The notes under the pieces: model-generated
What the model saw: only the letters and a program-made list of their open reading frames with translations
Told to the model about the DNA's origin: nothing
Database searches by the model: none
Source of the DNA: the human T2T-CHM13v2.0 reference genome, Homo sapiens
Length of the DNA stretch: 64,000 nt
Assembly: GCF_009914755.1 (NCBI RefSeq)
Contig: NC_060925.1
Direction: 5' to 3' (one strand)
Shown here: piece after piece, positions 13,642-27,327 of the stretch
How positions within the stretch are numbered: position 1 is the first letter of the stretch
How the letters are laid out: every line of letters begins with the position of its first letter
Made by a program: the position numbers and the translations under genes

Positions 13642-15499
13642 AGGAATAACTTTTCTAAAGTCACTTCTGCTTCACACTGATATTGATTTTACTGAGTTTT
13701 TGTTTCACATTTTATTTTTAGCTTTATACATAGTGATAGGACATTTTCTTTAAAAAGTTAGAGGATACAAGAAGACACTGTTAAAAAGAGAAGCTCTTTA
13801 ACAGTGACTTCTTGGTTGACTACACGAATCTCCAATTCATTTGTGTATTGATGAAGTGCCTTCCCTATTCTTAAAGCAAGTTAGGACAAAAACAGTAAGA
13901 ATATGCTTCAGGAGACGAGTATTCATTTTGACTAAAGGAACTGTGTATGCAGGCAGATTCCATGTTGACTCTATACTGTGGAGAAATACTTTCCATTTTT
14001 CAGTGTAGTCTATCAGATTACATACTACATTTGGTCTTTGGGATGGACTAATGAAAAGAAAACTAAGATCGATTTTATGATGGGAGACAAAGTCAGACAA
14101 GAAACATTGGATTCCTCAGATTTAAGCTTTGAAAATCTTACATGCTCCAAGCCTCTCAGGCAGAGGTTAAGTTGTCAATGGATACCACAGTGAAAATAGT
14201 GGACAAGTGTCACTCTGAGATCTTGCCACAACCAGATGTCAAGAAAAAAATGTAAAATGACAAATGGACCCTTAACAGAATAATGTGCTATCATTGCATC
14301 CTCTCCCAAAGGGTCCCATCAATTCTAGCACTTTTGAGTCTATGCAAGTCATACGATACAACTATTTATGAGATGGAGATGACACAACAACACCTGTGAC
14401 ATTCTGGAGCTCTGAAATGGGAGGCCTAAATGGGTTCCTTCAGGCTCAAGTCTGAAAGAAGCTGCACATAAACTTATAGAGACAGTGCCATAACAATTCT
14501 TGGTTATTCTTAAATGTGGCATGCTAAATGCAGAGTCAGGACACAGGAGTTTTTTTTCTAAGTGATAAGTTCTACTATAATCATGAAGGATAAAAGACAT
14601 ATGCCATCAAAATTACCCTTGAAAATCTCAAGAAGATGCCATATTGAAGACTGAGACAATCTCTCAGTGAATGCTACACTGCCAGCTTTATTCCCAGGTT
14701 TGATAAATCAGTAGATATTTCTGTGCACCAGATGTAGTAGGTGCCTTTCATTTAGGGCCATAATGTATGAGAAATACATATTTTTAAGCATTAGAATCTG
14801 AGTCAACATAGCACAGATACTTGCATGATGAGGGGCACGTGAGAACTGGGGCTGACTCGAGGAGCAAATTTTCATATTCTCACACTCCGTCTTCAATTCT
14901 TTCTGGGACATACATGCATTGAGTGAAATGGCCAAAACTGCGGTCCGTATTGCTTTCCTAAAATTTTTCCCTTTCACTCTCTTCCTCTCTTTGCACTGCC
15001 TCTTGTTGTTCTCTTCCTCTCCCAGACCCTTCCTTCCTTCCCTCCCCTCCCCTATGAACTATCAGCAGTTAGCATTATTTGTATTTCCCCAACTAACTCT
15101 TTGAGATGGGGTAGAAACATTAAGCCTTAAAAAACCCCAAAAACCTATATATGTTCTATTCTCAGCTCTAAGGTTTCTAGTTTCAATTTCTAGTTTAAAA
15201 CCTATACGTCTTATTTTCTGTTAGCAGGGGTTCTTAACTTTTTATAGGCCAGGATTTTTGAGTAGTTGATGAAAACAAAGGGCCATTCCCCAGAAAAATA
15301 TGCTGTTTGCATTCAAATTCAAATTTTTAAAAATCAAGGTGAACTCATGGTCCTATAATCTTTAACTAAGATTCTCTAGAGTTTCTCTTTCACCACAAGT
15401 TTCTCTTTGTAATAGCAAGTGTCCCATGTTCTTGCAATCTAATATTCTATGTTTTAGAGGGAGACTATAATGATAATAATGACGATTATACTAGGAATA

Positions 15500-15700
15500 A
15501 ATAGGTAACATTCATTAAGAGCTTAAATCTGTATAGGCATTAGGCCAAGTTAACTCATTTACCCTTTACCAAAACCCAGTGATGAATGTGTTGTTGTCCT
15601 TATTTACTGTTAAGAAAACTGAGGTATAGGGAAGCTAAGGAATTTGCTCAAGATCACAAAATTAGTGAGCAGCTGAGTTATGATTTGAACCCATTTGCTT
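15500..15700 (-). mobile_element. MIR
   Basis: AAGAAAACTGAGGTATAGGGAAGCTAAGGAATTTGCTCAAGATCACA...GATTTGAACCCA. Confidence 0.75.
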
Positions 15701-15948
15701 GGTAAAAAAGAGAAGAGAAGATGAGCATGGCCATATTGTACCATCAGATTGTGACTCTCTAACACTGGTCCTTTCTAATCAGGAGAGCGTCCCTCCTTAA
15801 AGGAGAGGATGTGCCTTCTCTTAGTAGTTGATGTTTGCTGTTGACCTAAACTACATCTATCCAGTCTTACAATCAGTCCTCCTGGTAAGCACTTGAGTCA
15901 TTTCAGCAGTTTTATAGCCTGATTTTGGATTCTTAAAAATATTATACC

Positions 15949-16070
15949 GGCTGAGGCAGGAGAATGGCGTGAACGCGGGTGGCGGAGCTTGCACTGAGCC
16001 GAGATCACGCCACTGCACTCCAGCCTGGGCGACAGAGCGAGACTCCATCTCAAAAAAAAAAAAAAAAAAA
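15949..16070 (+). mobile_element. 5'-truncated AluY (right-arm 3' part only)
   Basis: AGAATGGCGTGAAC and GGAGCTTGCA Y-diagnostics, pure A19 tail, TSD ..ATTATACC on both sides. Confidence 0.92.
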
Positions 16071-16164
16071 TTATACCTACTTTCCAGAACAACTTAATTT
16101 CATATTATCATTTCAGAGAATGTTTAATTTAAAAAGATATTATTGAGGCTTCAAGCATGTAATG

Positions 16165-16690
16165 ACTTTTCATACATATCAGAAATCTAACCTGCGGTAA
16201 CTTAAGGAAGAAAACAAACTTATTGAATTGTGGTGTCCAAAGAACTACTGAACAGCGAAGTTGTGGAAGGAGCAGGGAGGCCATGAGGCCTCAGGAACAA
16301 CTCACACAGGGAAGCAAATACCGATAGGTCCCGCTGGTTCTAATCTGCTTTTATTTGCGTTCATTTTCTTTTACTTCCAACTCACTTTCTTCAAATGGCA
16401 GGAAACATAAATGACCATAGCTTATAAGTTTTATATTTTACATCTTATCACAAGAGGGTGACAGTTTTGTCATTGTCGTGATGTCAATCCAAGGCAATTT
16501 ATTTTATTGACCTAACTTGGGTTAATTTCCCACCCCTAGAATAAATCAAATGTGACTTGAGATGGAGAAATAGGATCATTTGTGAAAACATGTCAGTCTC
16601 ATAGAAATATGTGAATGGAATAGAAATGGAGAAGTTCCCAGGAGAAGGGACCGGGTGATGAATAGACAATGCTGGTTTGCTGAAAAGTAA
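16165..16690 (-). mobile_element. Possible old MLT1J-like LTR
   Basis: Weak motif similarity (ATTGACCTAACTTGGGTTAATTTCCCACCCCTAGA; AGTTCCCAGGAGAAGGG). Confidence 0.4.
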
Positions 16691-18797
16691 AACTCAACTA
16701 AATTTATTTGTTTGAAGTTAGCATTAAGTTATAGAGGTAACTATTAGGGGGCTTGAAAACATATTTCTTGATTTATACCATTCGATGAATATACTGGGAA
16801 AATGGTATGCACATTGAATTTCATTAATTTAATAAATAGGTAATTATATGGAAAAATTTTATCATGTCTTTCAGCAAAAGTAACATTATTGTGAAGTAAA
16901 TAATATTATCCTTAATTTGGATTTTTAGATGAGTACATTTAAAGCGAGATAAACTTGCAATGAGGAGCCAATGGGAATAAGAAGCACCTATCTTAGAAGA
17001 ATAGCTAGGACCTTCTACTGAATGACTTCTGGAAGAATCCAGGACTATGATTAAGGTAGCTTTAAGCAGAGAATGAAAGTGTACATGCAAAGTTCAGTGA
17101 CTAAATTGTCAAAGTTTTTTGATGCTGTACCTGTCACCTGGTGCTTTTTAATGAAAGGAGAAAAATAGAATTAGTATGCACAGGACATTGTGTAACACAA
17201 TTCTAAGATGTAGACCTGGGTTAGCCCTTTGAAGAATCTGAAATTTGCAACTGGGAAATATCGCTGGTCTAGCTACAGCTGCCTTACATTGCTATAGCTA
17301 TGCTGAGTAAAAGATGGTTCTGGATAAGAGTCTATTTAGGAATTATGTCATTGGAAAAGGCTTGCATTTTGTGGAGGTCACATTTTCAGCATTGAACTAG
17401 AGCCAAGACGGGAAGAAGAAATTTCTTTCTCATTCTTTTTTATTTGCATTAAGTAAGAAAAATACATTTACATTTGGGACTTCACATATTTGAAAATATA
17501 TGGAAGTCAGGTTGAAGATTTTCTTCTTGGCCAGCATCAGTGAGTGTGAGAAATAGTGGTGTGCTGTGGATGGATACATGCAGCAATGAGCCCCATCATT
17601 TGGAAAAATGAACATCAACAATTTCAGCTCAAATACATTTTTTAAAGGTGCTTTATATGTAGATTTATATTTGATATTAACAAATCTCTTTTGTTTAGCA
17701 TGAACTCTGGGAACATGATGATAATAATACTAGGGCTAATTTGTAGTAATGTTTTTTGCACCTGGGAATAAATGTGCTTTTGTACAGAAAGTTCAAAAAA
17801 CAATTTAATGTTGAATAAATATAATCTCTAATTTATGGTGATAGTAGGCTGTCCTAGCAGCTTGAAAGGACAAGCTGGTATATATGGGGAAAACAAGGAG
17901 CCAAAGGGTGACACAGGGTGGGACAAACGCAAGAAAGGTGCAAAATTGACAAGAAATGAAGTGTGCTTACACAGACTGTAATTGATCTAAATATATGCCC
18001 TAGCCGACAGACACCCTCCTGAAGTTGCCACCTTGAAAAAAAGTACCTTGGTTAGTTTTATCCTTGTCCCACTTTCCTTCCAAGTCCTTTGGGAAGAACT
18101 TTCAGGCTCCCTTTCCTCTGTTTTCTAGACACTAGGACAGGGGCAGGAAATCTAGAAGCAATGACTCATGTGTTATTTGGAACTGATTTGAACCTAGAGT
18201 CTGACCCTTTGCATCTTTTGGAAATATTTCAAGAAATACATAGCCAACTCCAAGAAAAACACATTTTTACCAAATCGCTCAGTAATAGGACAGAAAACAA
18301 CTTTAGGAAAAACTTAAGTACAGTTCTAATTTTTATTATGTCAAGAACATATGAGATGAGGTGGAGCCTCCAGACTGTCTTTATAATGGAGATAAAAATT
18401 CTCCAAAATATACCTTTTCACCTCCTGCAAATAATGACTTAGGGTTCAGCTAGAAACTTATGTCCAAACTAAAGGTTTTCCACCCGTTGTGGAATAATTT
18501 ATTTCTTTTGGAAAACTTGCAAACCATCTCTCCATAAGCAAAAGAGTGAAACAATAGTAGACAGAAGGGAATAGAAAAACAAGGAACACTTTGTCTTCAA
18601 AATAACAAATGGTTATTAGAGTATTGGCAAAGGGATAAGAAGATGCAAAGGACAGGGTGTGTGAAGAGAAAGAAGAGAACCACAGAAGGGCCAGACTGCC
18701 AGCTGTCTACCCCCTACAAACCCATTAGGGCAGGGAGAGATTGGGAGGGGACTCTCTTCTCCATCCTAGCTGAAAGACTCCCGAGAAAAAGACAGGT

Positions 18798-19202
18798 CTA
18801 TTAGTCTTCTAGGGCTCCCATAACAAAATATCATATTAGGTAGCTTAAACACCAGAAATCATTTTCTCACAGTTCTGGAGGCTAGAAGTCCAAAACCAAT
18901 GTGTTAGCAGGGTTGGTTTGATTCTGAGGCCTCTCTCCTTGGCTCACAGATGGCCACCTTCTCACTGAGTCCTCACGTGGTCTTTCTTCTGTTGGCCGAC
19001 ATACCTGGTATCTCTCCGTGTGTCCAAATTTCTCTTCTTATAAGGACGCAAGTCAGATTGGATTAGGGTCTAGCCCGATGGCCTCATTTTAACTTAATCC
19101 TCTCTTTAAGGTCCCCATCTCCAAATGTGGCCACACTCTGAAGTACTGGGGATTAAAGCTTCAATTTAGTGTGGGTTAGGGGACACATTTCTGCCCATAA
19201 CA
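18798..19202 (-). mobile_element. MLT1B/C-type MaLR solo LTR
   Basis: TTCTCACAGTTCTGGAGGCTAGAAGTCCAAA...TCTTATAAGGAC...GGGACACATTTCTGCCCATAACA. Confidence 0.88.
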
Positions 19203-20325
19203 GCAAGATAGCTCATCAGCCTGTCAGCCTCACAAATAGGCATCGTTACAGAGATGAGCAGAAATTTTTTTGTTGTTGTTTAACTGGAGCAATATTTCTG
19301 TAAGGTAAGGTAACGCAAAGTGTTGTCATCATTTACTTTCAGTTATCAAGACTCTGGAGACATAAAGTAGACAGTGAGTAAACTGGCTCTTTGACCCAGG
19401 TGTGGCCTGACTTTTGTAACAGCTCTTTTCACAGGAGACTGAAGTATTTAGGGACAAAATATTATCTGTTTGCCTGAGGATGGATTTCCAAAAAGGCTAC
19501 CAATCCTGCTACAAAGGCTTTGCTACCATATACCTCTCATTGCTGTGTTTACTCACCATGGTGGAGCATTTCCAATCCTGTCAACTTGTCTTTGATTTTA
19601 CATTTTTTATCGTAACTTTCTAGCCAAATATCAATGCTGCTATCTTTTATATGTTCAAAATAAAAAATTGCACAGTGGTTATGTTTTTATTTTATTTAAA
19701 GATTATTTCTGTTTTTGGCAATCTTTCGCAGCTCTTTTCAGCTCTGGTGCTACAATAAACCTATTGAAACTCTGACTTTTATGAAGAACAAAACAAGCCA
19801 GAGAATTATTTCACCCCACAAAGTTGGGAGACAGATTTTATTTGCACCCTTTAGTGTTCATAAATCCTATATATCTCCATTATACGTTTACCTTAAGAAT
19901 GGAATTTTGTGTCTTGCTTACATTTTATAAATTTTGTCTGGAGTATTTCACATAAGGAAGTACTTTCATATCTTTTATTTAAAACCAAGACATCTTCTGG
20001 GCTAAAGAGGTGACTTTTAGAAATGGAGTTAGGACATGATAGTCTGCCCCAAATGAGAGACAAATCTAAAGTATGCTGAGCTAAGAAGCAAGACAGGTTT
20101 CAAAAACCTCTTACCATATTTATTTTTATATGTACATTTTATCCTGTGTTCATTCCCATATGATCTGCCATCAATTACCCAACAGTAATGAAAACTTCTA
20201 TGTTTTTACAAGGTAGAGACACAATAAAACTAACTGGAGGTTGGCAAGGCTGCCACTTCAGCTTCTTTTCATATTACCTGTCCCTGCATACCCCTGACTC
20301 CTTTCCTGTGCCCTTCTTTCAAGCT

Positions 20326-20351
<26 letters not shown>
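20326..20351. repeat. (TA)n microsatellite
   Basis: Direct reading. Confidence 0.95.
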
Positions 20352-20358
<7 letters not shown>

Positions 20359-20414
20359 TTTTTTTCCTTTTCATCTCTTAAAGCTTTTTCCCTCATTTAT
20401 TTTATTGGGAAAAG

Positions 20415-20620
20415 CATAGTGTTGTATATCAAAGCACCTTGGACTCAGACTAACCAGAAATTGAAATCCCATCTCTATACTTGCTGCATACACTTGGAAA
20501 AGTTACTCACCATTTCTCTGCCTTTGTCTCCTCATTTCTAAATTGGTGCAAATATGAAAAATAAATGAGACTGTACTTATAAAGCCCTGAGTCTAGTGCT
20601 ACATAGTATAGGTAGTTTGG
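20415..20620 (+). mobile_element. MIR
   Basis: ACTTGGAAAAGTTACTCACCATTTCTCTGCCTTTGTCTCCTCATTTCTAAA. Confidence 0.7.
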
Positions 20621-21714
20621 CTGCATAGTGTGAATGAAAGCTATTTTAATCTTTCTTATTCCCTCTCCTTATTATCCTCTTTAAGTCTCTTCCTTCCTTT
20701 CCTTCCCTTCCCCTATCTCCTACTCTTCTTTATTTTCTTTTTGGTTCATTATTGTCTCCAGTCTTTTCTTTCTTCCTCTAACAATGACAGTATACACTTA
20801 CATATAGAGAGATATATATGTAATCAGATTATCATGTCCTAACTCCATTTCTAAAAGTCACCTATTTGGCCCAGAAGATGTCCTGACTTTAAATAAAATA
20901 TATGAAATTATTTCCTTATTTTATGTGAAATACTCCAGAAAAATTTATAAAATGCAAGCAAGACATAAAATTCCATATATATATGTAATTTCCTGTGACG
21001 TGATCCAGTGAGTATCAAATAAGAGACTATATTGGGAATCCTTATGGATTTTTAATTATTTCAAGAGCCTGAGGGAAGCCTTAAATTGATCTGCAATAGT
21101 ACTTCATTGTTTCTTTTCTTTTGGCTCCAATTAGGTCAACTCAGTATAGAGAAACTGGTTCATGCTGATCAGAATCTCTGATGAGGAGTTATAAATGTCT
21201 TTGGTTTTAAAAAAGAGAGAAGGTGGGGGAAATGATCAACTTATACTTTTTCTGGGAGTACCATCTTTCAACATGTAACGTTCATGAGTACTGGAGAAGA
21301 AAATGAACAAATTAAAATCCTTATAGTTCTCTTTTCTTTTGTCTAAAATTAAATAGGTGGACTAGATCCTTTTACCTTTTCTGAATAATAGTGGTAGGAC
21401 CATGTCAGAGTGATTCTTTAATTGAAACATGCTTTGGTGTTTCAGGCCCTCAGGCCTTTCATTACGGTATGACTATAAGAAAAGGTTGATAAATCCTATC
21501 ATTGTATTAGTTATTTAGGAATATTATTGAGGACCTTTTTTAACCACATTATTCAATGTGGCTCTGGTGTGAAACCCATTTCACTATTTCACATTGGAAT
21601 CCAGAAAGCTCAGAGTCAAATTCAAATCTTAATCACAGGCATTGAAGAGGTCTTTTTAGGCTACCTGTACTCTAATATCTCTGGTCCTGGAGTTTAAAAA
21701 ACAATTCATTGATT

Positions 21715-22525
21715 TTCAGTTTCTGGTTTCATACATACAGAGCTTAGAGTTGCCACTCTATCCTAAAAACAAGTAAAAAATTGAACAGATTGAAAAATCA
21801 ACTTTCCTTAGGTCCATCAGAGAGCTGAGGATGCAACCAAACTGCTCAACCCAAGACTAAAGAGACAGGCAAATGCAGGGAGTCATGGCTTGTCAGAAAA
21901 GAGACTCGGGAGAGGAAACAGACATGGGAACAACAGCTAGAGTAAGAAAACTTGAACTGTAATTTGTGAATTGCTAGAGGCTTAGTGTGGACAAATTTGA
22001 GTCAAAAACTCCAGGGGGCCTCCCACATTTTTGTCAGTTTTATCTCCAGGAGTTTAACCAGGTTTTCACAGTAAATATCAGAGAAAATGTCCTTATGCTT
22101 CTCGAAGGGAAGGGGAAAAGAAGCCATTTTGAAATATGCCAGAGCACTCCATTCTTCTTAATAAGGCCCACATGGGAAACTAGTTAACCAGAGCCCCACC
22201 TGCTGGGCTATTATCAGAGCCTAATTGACCTGGGGGAAGGCACGTACTCAACTCCAGTCAGCTTTAACTTTTCACATGAGAAAGGAAAATACCCAAATTT
22301 AGCCCACTTTAGCCATCCTGTCCCACCTAAGGGAGATGGGAAATGAAGAATCACTAGTGAAGTGCCTAGACCAGAGTCACAGGCTCATAAAAGACTGAGA
22401 CCTGATTATAAAACTATAGAATGCTTCCCCTTGCCCACACCTTATCACCACATTACTAAAGACCTATTTACAACAGTTTCTTTTGCCTGGTTCATCATGC
22501 TTAGCTACCAAGAAAAAACTACAAG
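21715..22525 (+). mobile_element. Old L1 (L1MC-like) 5' UTR; start of host element of the nested complex
   Basis: TTCTGGTTTC...AGCTTAGAGTTGCCACTCTATCCTAAAAACAAGTAAAAAATTGAACAGATTGAAAAATCAAC resembles L1MC-type 5' end. Confidence 0.65.
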
Positions 22526-24670
22526 AGAAAGGAAATAAAGTTTAGCACCACAAGAAAATCACCAAACCACAGGTGTAAATAATAACAGAGGATCTAAAGA
22601 CAGATCCTCTAAAAACCAGAAAATGATTGACAAAATTATAATCTCAATAATAACCTTTATTGCAAATGAATCAAGTTCTTCAATTAAAAGTTAAACAGTG
22701 GCTGAATGGATTTTTTAAGAAGACCCAACTATATGGTGCCTCCAAGGGAATCATCTCACTATTAAAGACAAACATAGACTGAAAGTGAAGAGATGGAAAA
22801 AGATATTGCATGCAAATGGAAATCAGAAGTGAACAGGAGTATTCATACTTAGATAAAATAGACTCTCAGTTAAAAACTATAAAAAGAGACAAGACTATTA
22901 TATAATGATAAAAGGCTCAACTCAACAAGAGGATATAACAATTATATATGCACAAATACTGGAGCACCCAGATACATAAAGCAAATATTATTAGATCTAA
23001 AAGGAAGAATAGAGTGAAATACCATAATATTAGGAAACTTCAACACCCCACTTTCAACAACGGACAGATCATTTAATCAGAAAATCAACAAAGATACATC
23101 AGACATAAACTTCAAAACAGACAAAATAGACTTAACAGACATTTACAGAACATTCTATCCAAAAGCTTCAGAATACACAGTCTTCTCAATTGTATATGGA
23201 ACATTCTCCAGGATAGATCACCACAGAAGTAAACAAAATAGAGACAAAAAATAATTCACAAAAATGGAAAAAACAATCCTAAAATTCAAGTGGAACCACA
23301 AAAATACTGAATAGCCAAAGCAAACCTGAGCAAAAAGCAAAAAGCTTGAGACATCCTACAACCTGAGTTCAAAATATGCTATGAAGATATAGTAGCTAAA
23401 ACAACATGGTCCTGGCATAAAAACAAACATGTAACTCAATGGAATAGAATAAAGGGCCCGTAAATAAATGCATGTACCTACAGCCAACTGATTTTCAACA
23501 AAGGTGCCAAGAACACAAATTGAGGGAAAGACAGTCCCTAAAACAAATGGTGCTGAGAAAGTTAAATATCCACGTGCAGAAGAATGAGACTAGACCTCTA
23601 CCTCTTGCCAAATGCAAACATCAACTCAAAATGGATTGAAGACTTAAATGTAAAACCCCCAATTATTAAACTACCAGAAGAAAACATAGGGAAACACTTT
23701 ATGACTTGGATTGGGCAGGGATTTTTTGAATAAGATCTAAAGAGCACCGGCAACAAACATAAAAATAGACAAATGGGATTAAATCAAACTGAAACACTTT
23801 TGCACAGCAAAGGAAACCATACAGTGATGATGCAGCCTACAGAATGGGAGAAAATACTTGCAAACTACATACCTGACAAGGGGTTAATACCCAGACTTCC
23901 AAAGTATTTAGGAGACTTAACTGTAGAAAAATAAACAACTAAATTTAAAAAATGGCTAAAATACCCCAATAGATATTTATCAAAAGAAGACATTCAAATG
24001 GCCAACAGGTACATGGAAAAATGCTTGTCATCACTAATCATCAGGAAAATGCAAATCCAAACCATAATGACATACTACTTCACTTCGGTGAGAATGGCTA
24101 TAATCAAAATGACAACAGAAACAAGTGTTGGTGAGGATGTGGAGACAAGGGAACACAAACACATTGTTGGTGGAATTGTAAATTAGTACAGCCACTATGG
24201 AAAACTGCATGGAGATTCCTCAAAAAATTAAAAACAGAAATACCATATGATCCAGCCATCCCACTACTGGGTATATATTCAAAGGAAAAGAAATTACTAT
24301 GTCAAAGAGGTATCTGCACTCTCATGTTTATTGCAGCACTATTAACAATATCCAAGATATGGAATCATTACAAGTGCCCAACAATCCAAAAATGGATGAA
24401 TAGATAAAGAAAATGTGGTGTATATATACACAATGGAAATACTATTCGGTCATGATGTGATTAAAATTCTGTTATTTGCAACAACATGGATGAACCCAGA
24501 GGATAACATGTTAATTAAAATAATCCAGATGTAGAAAGACAAATACTGCATGGTCTTACTCATTTGTGGAATGTAAAACAAAACAAAAAAACCCAAAACT
24601 TGATATCATAGAGAGCAGAACAGTGGTTGCCAGAGAAATGATAAATACATGGGGTTAATAGATATGCTAA
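22526..24670 (+). mobile_element. L1MA-type fragment (inter-ORF, ORF2 endonuclease, large internal deletions near 23220-23260, ORF2 3' end, partial 3' UTR)
   Basis: AAAGACAAACATAGACTGAAAGTGAAG (EN), MANRYMEKCLSSLIIRKMQ ORF2 C-terminal remnant at 23998, GATATGCTAA 3' UTR motif. Confidence 0.85.
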
Positions 24671-24756
24671 TGCTCATGCTAATACATGAGCTTTCTGGAT
24701 CTATGGGTAGGTGTCTGACATTAATTTATTAAAATCCTCAGTTATTTTTTTCAATG

Positions 24757-27327
24757 AATGTCAGACACCTACCCATAGATCCAAGAAGCTCAAAGAATGC
24801 CAAAAGGATAAATACCAGAAAATCCATACCTAGGCATATATCTTTCAAACTATAGAACATCAAAGATAAGGGAAAATACTGCAAAAAGCCAGAGGAAAAA
24901 AGATATTACCTTTAGAGGAGTAAAAACAGAAATTACATCTGACTCTCTTCAAAATCATCCAAGGAAGAAGATAGTAGAGCAAACTATTTTAAATAATCTC
25001 AACAGCCTAGAATTCTGTGTCCTGCAAAATTATCTTTCAAAAGTGAAGGGAAATTAAGACTTTCTCAGACAAACAAAAACTGAAGAAAGTTTTTACCTAG
25101 TAGACCTGCCTTGAAGGAAATGTTAAAACAAGTTCTTTAGAGAGAAGGAAAAATAAAATAGGTCAGAAATAGGTCTACATAAAGAAAGGAATCGTATCAA
25201 AGAAGGAATAAGTGAGAGTAAAATGAAAACTTTTATTTTTCTTATTCTCAATTGATCTTACAGATGACTGTTCTAAATGATAATAGCAACAATGTATTTG
25301 AATATGTGTGTTTCCATATTACTCACATATCTTGAGTGTGTATATATTAATATAATATACACACATATATATGTGCTCACATAGAAGTGAAATAAATGAC
25401 AGCAATGATGCAAGGGATCGGAGGGAGGAATTAGGATTATTTTATTGTTATAAAGTATTCGCACTACCCTACCTGTGAATTGGTATGTTATTTGAAGGTA
25501 GATTTAAATTAGTTGTAAATGTATAGTAGAAGGTTTAGGGCAACCACCATAAAAAGTAAAATAAGAAGAAGAGAGATGAAGGAGAAGAGGAGGAGGAGGA
25601 AGAGGAGGACAAGGAAGATGAAGAAGAAAAAGAGGAAGAGGAACTAATATGCAAGAAAAATAGAAAATGGAAAAAATGCTCAAATCACAAAAGGCAGAAA
25701 AAGAGTGGAAGATAAAACTAGGAACAAAGAATAAGATCAAGAAATAGAACATAGTAATATGATAGATATTAATCAAGCTATATCAATAATAATTTAGAGT
25801 GGCAATGATCTAAATGCAGCAATTAAAAGACAAGGATTGTCAGAGTGGATTCTAAAACAAGACCCAGCTGTATGTTGTCTGTAAGAAACACACTTTCAAT
25901 ATAAACTCGCATACTAATTAAAAGTAAATGTGTGAAGAAAAATATACCATGCAAACATGAATAAAAATAAAATAAGAGAAGACACATTAATTTCAGACAA
26001 AGCGGCTCTCAAAGCAAAAGAAGTTATTGGGGATAAAGAAGGGCATTACATGATGAAAAATTGGTCAACTGTCTAAGAAACGTAATAATTCTTAGTGTGT
26101 ATGCACCTAACAACAGAGTATCAAACTAGATAAAGCAAAAATCGATAGAAGTGCAAGGAGAAATAGATGAATCCATTATCATAGTTGGATAACTCAACAC
26201 CCCTTTATCAGAAATGGACAAATCTAGTAAGCAGAAAATAAGTAAAAACGAAGTTTAATTCAATAACACCATCAATCAACTGGATATAATTTGATTTCCA
26301 TAGACTATTTATTTCAACAATTGTAGAATACATATTCTTCTCAAGCTCACATGGAAAATTCACCAAGGTAGAACATATTCTGGGCCATGAAATCCACCTG
26401 AACAAATTTAAAAGCATAAAAATTAATGTCTGCTTCTGATGACAATAGAATTAAATAATAATCAATAGCAAAAGTATAACTAAAAAATTCCAAAATATGT
26501 GGAGGTTAAGCAATATGCTTCTAAATAACACATGAGTCAAAGAAGAAATCTCAAGAGAAAAAATATTCTGAATTAAATAAAAATAAAATCACAATTTATC
26601 AAAATTTGGGATTCAGTGAAAGTGCTTAGAGGGAAATGTATAGTCTTGTGTGCATATATTAGAAAAGAAAAAAAGATCTAAAATCAATAACCTAAGCTTC
26701 CACCTTAAGAATCTAGGAAAAAAGGAGCATATTATGTTCAATTTAAGCAGAAGAAAGAAAGGAAGAATAAGAATTGAAGAAGAAATCAATGAAATTGAAA
26801 ATGGGAAATCAATAGAGAAAATCAACAAAACCGAAACCTGACACTTTTAAAAAGTCCATAAAATTTATAAGCCCCTAGCCAAGCAAACTAAGAAAAAAAG
26901 AAGGATACACATTAGTAATATTGGAAATGAAAGAGTAGATATCACAACGGGTCCTATGACCATTAAATGGATGATAAAGAAATACTAAGAGCAACTCTAT
27001 GCCTACAAATGTGACAATTTAGATCCAATAGACCAATTTCTCAAAAGATACAATCTGCCAAAACTCACACTCACACACAAATGAACAATCTTAATAGACT
27101 ATAGCTATTAAAGAAATTGAGTCAACAATTCATATGCTTCCAAAACAGGAAGTACTAGGCCCACATGGCTCCACTGGTGAATTCTACCAAACATTCAATG
27201 AAAAAACGTGTCAATTACTACAACCTTTTTCAGAGAAGAGTGTTTTTTCCTAATTCATTCTATGAAGCCAGCATTACCCCAATACCAAAATTAGGCAAAG
27301 ACATTCCAAAAAAACAAAACTACAGAA
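24757..27327 (+). mobile_element. L1MC-like ORF1 3' part, inter-ORF region and ORF2 5' half (host element resumed)
   Basis: AATGTCAGACACCTACCCATAGATCCAAGAAGCTC ORF1 motif; ORF2 remnants KINNLSFHLKNL and FPNSFYEASITPIPK. Confidence 0.85.
25563..25642. repeat. (GAA)/(GGA) purine-rich low-complexity repeat within L1
   Basis: Direct reading. Confidence 0.9.
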
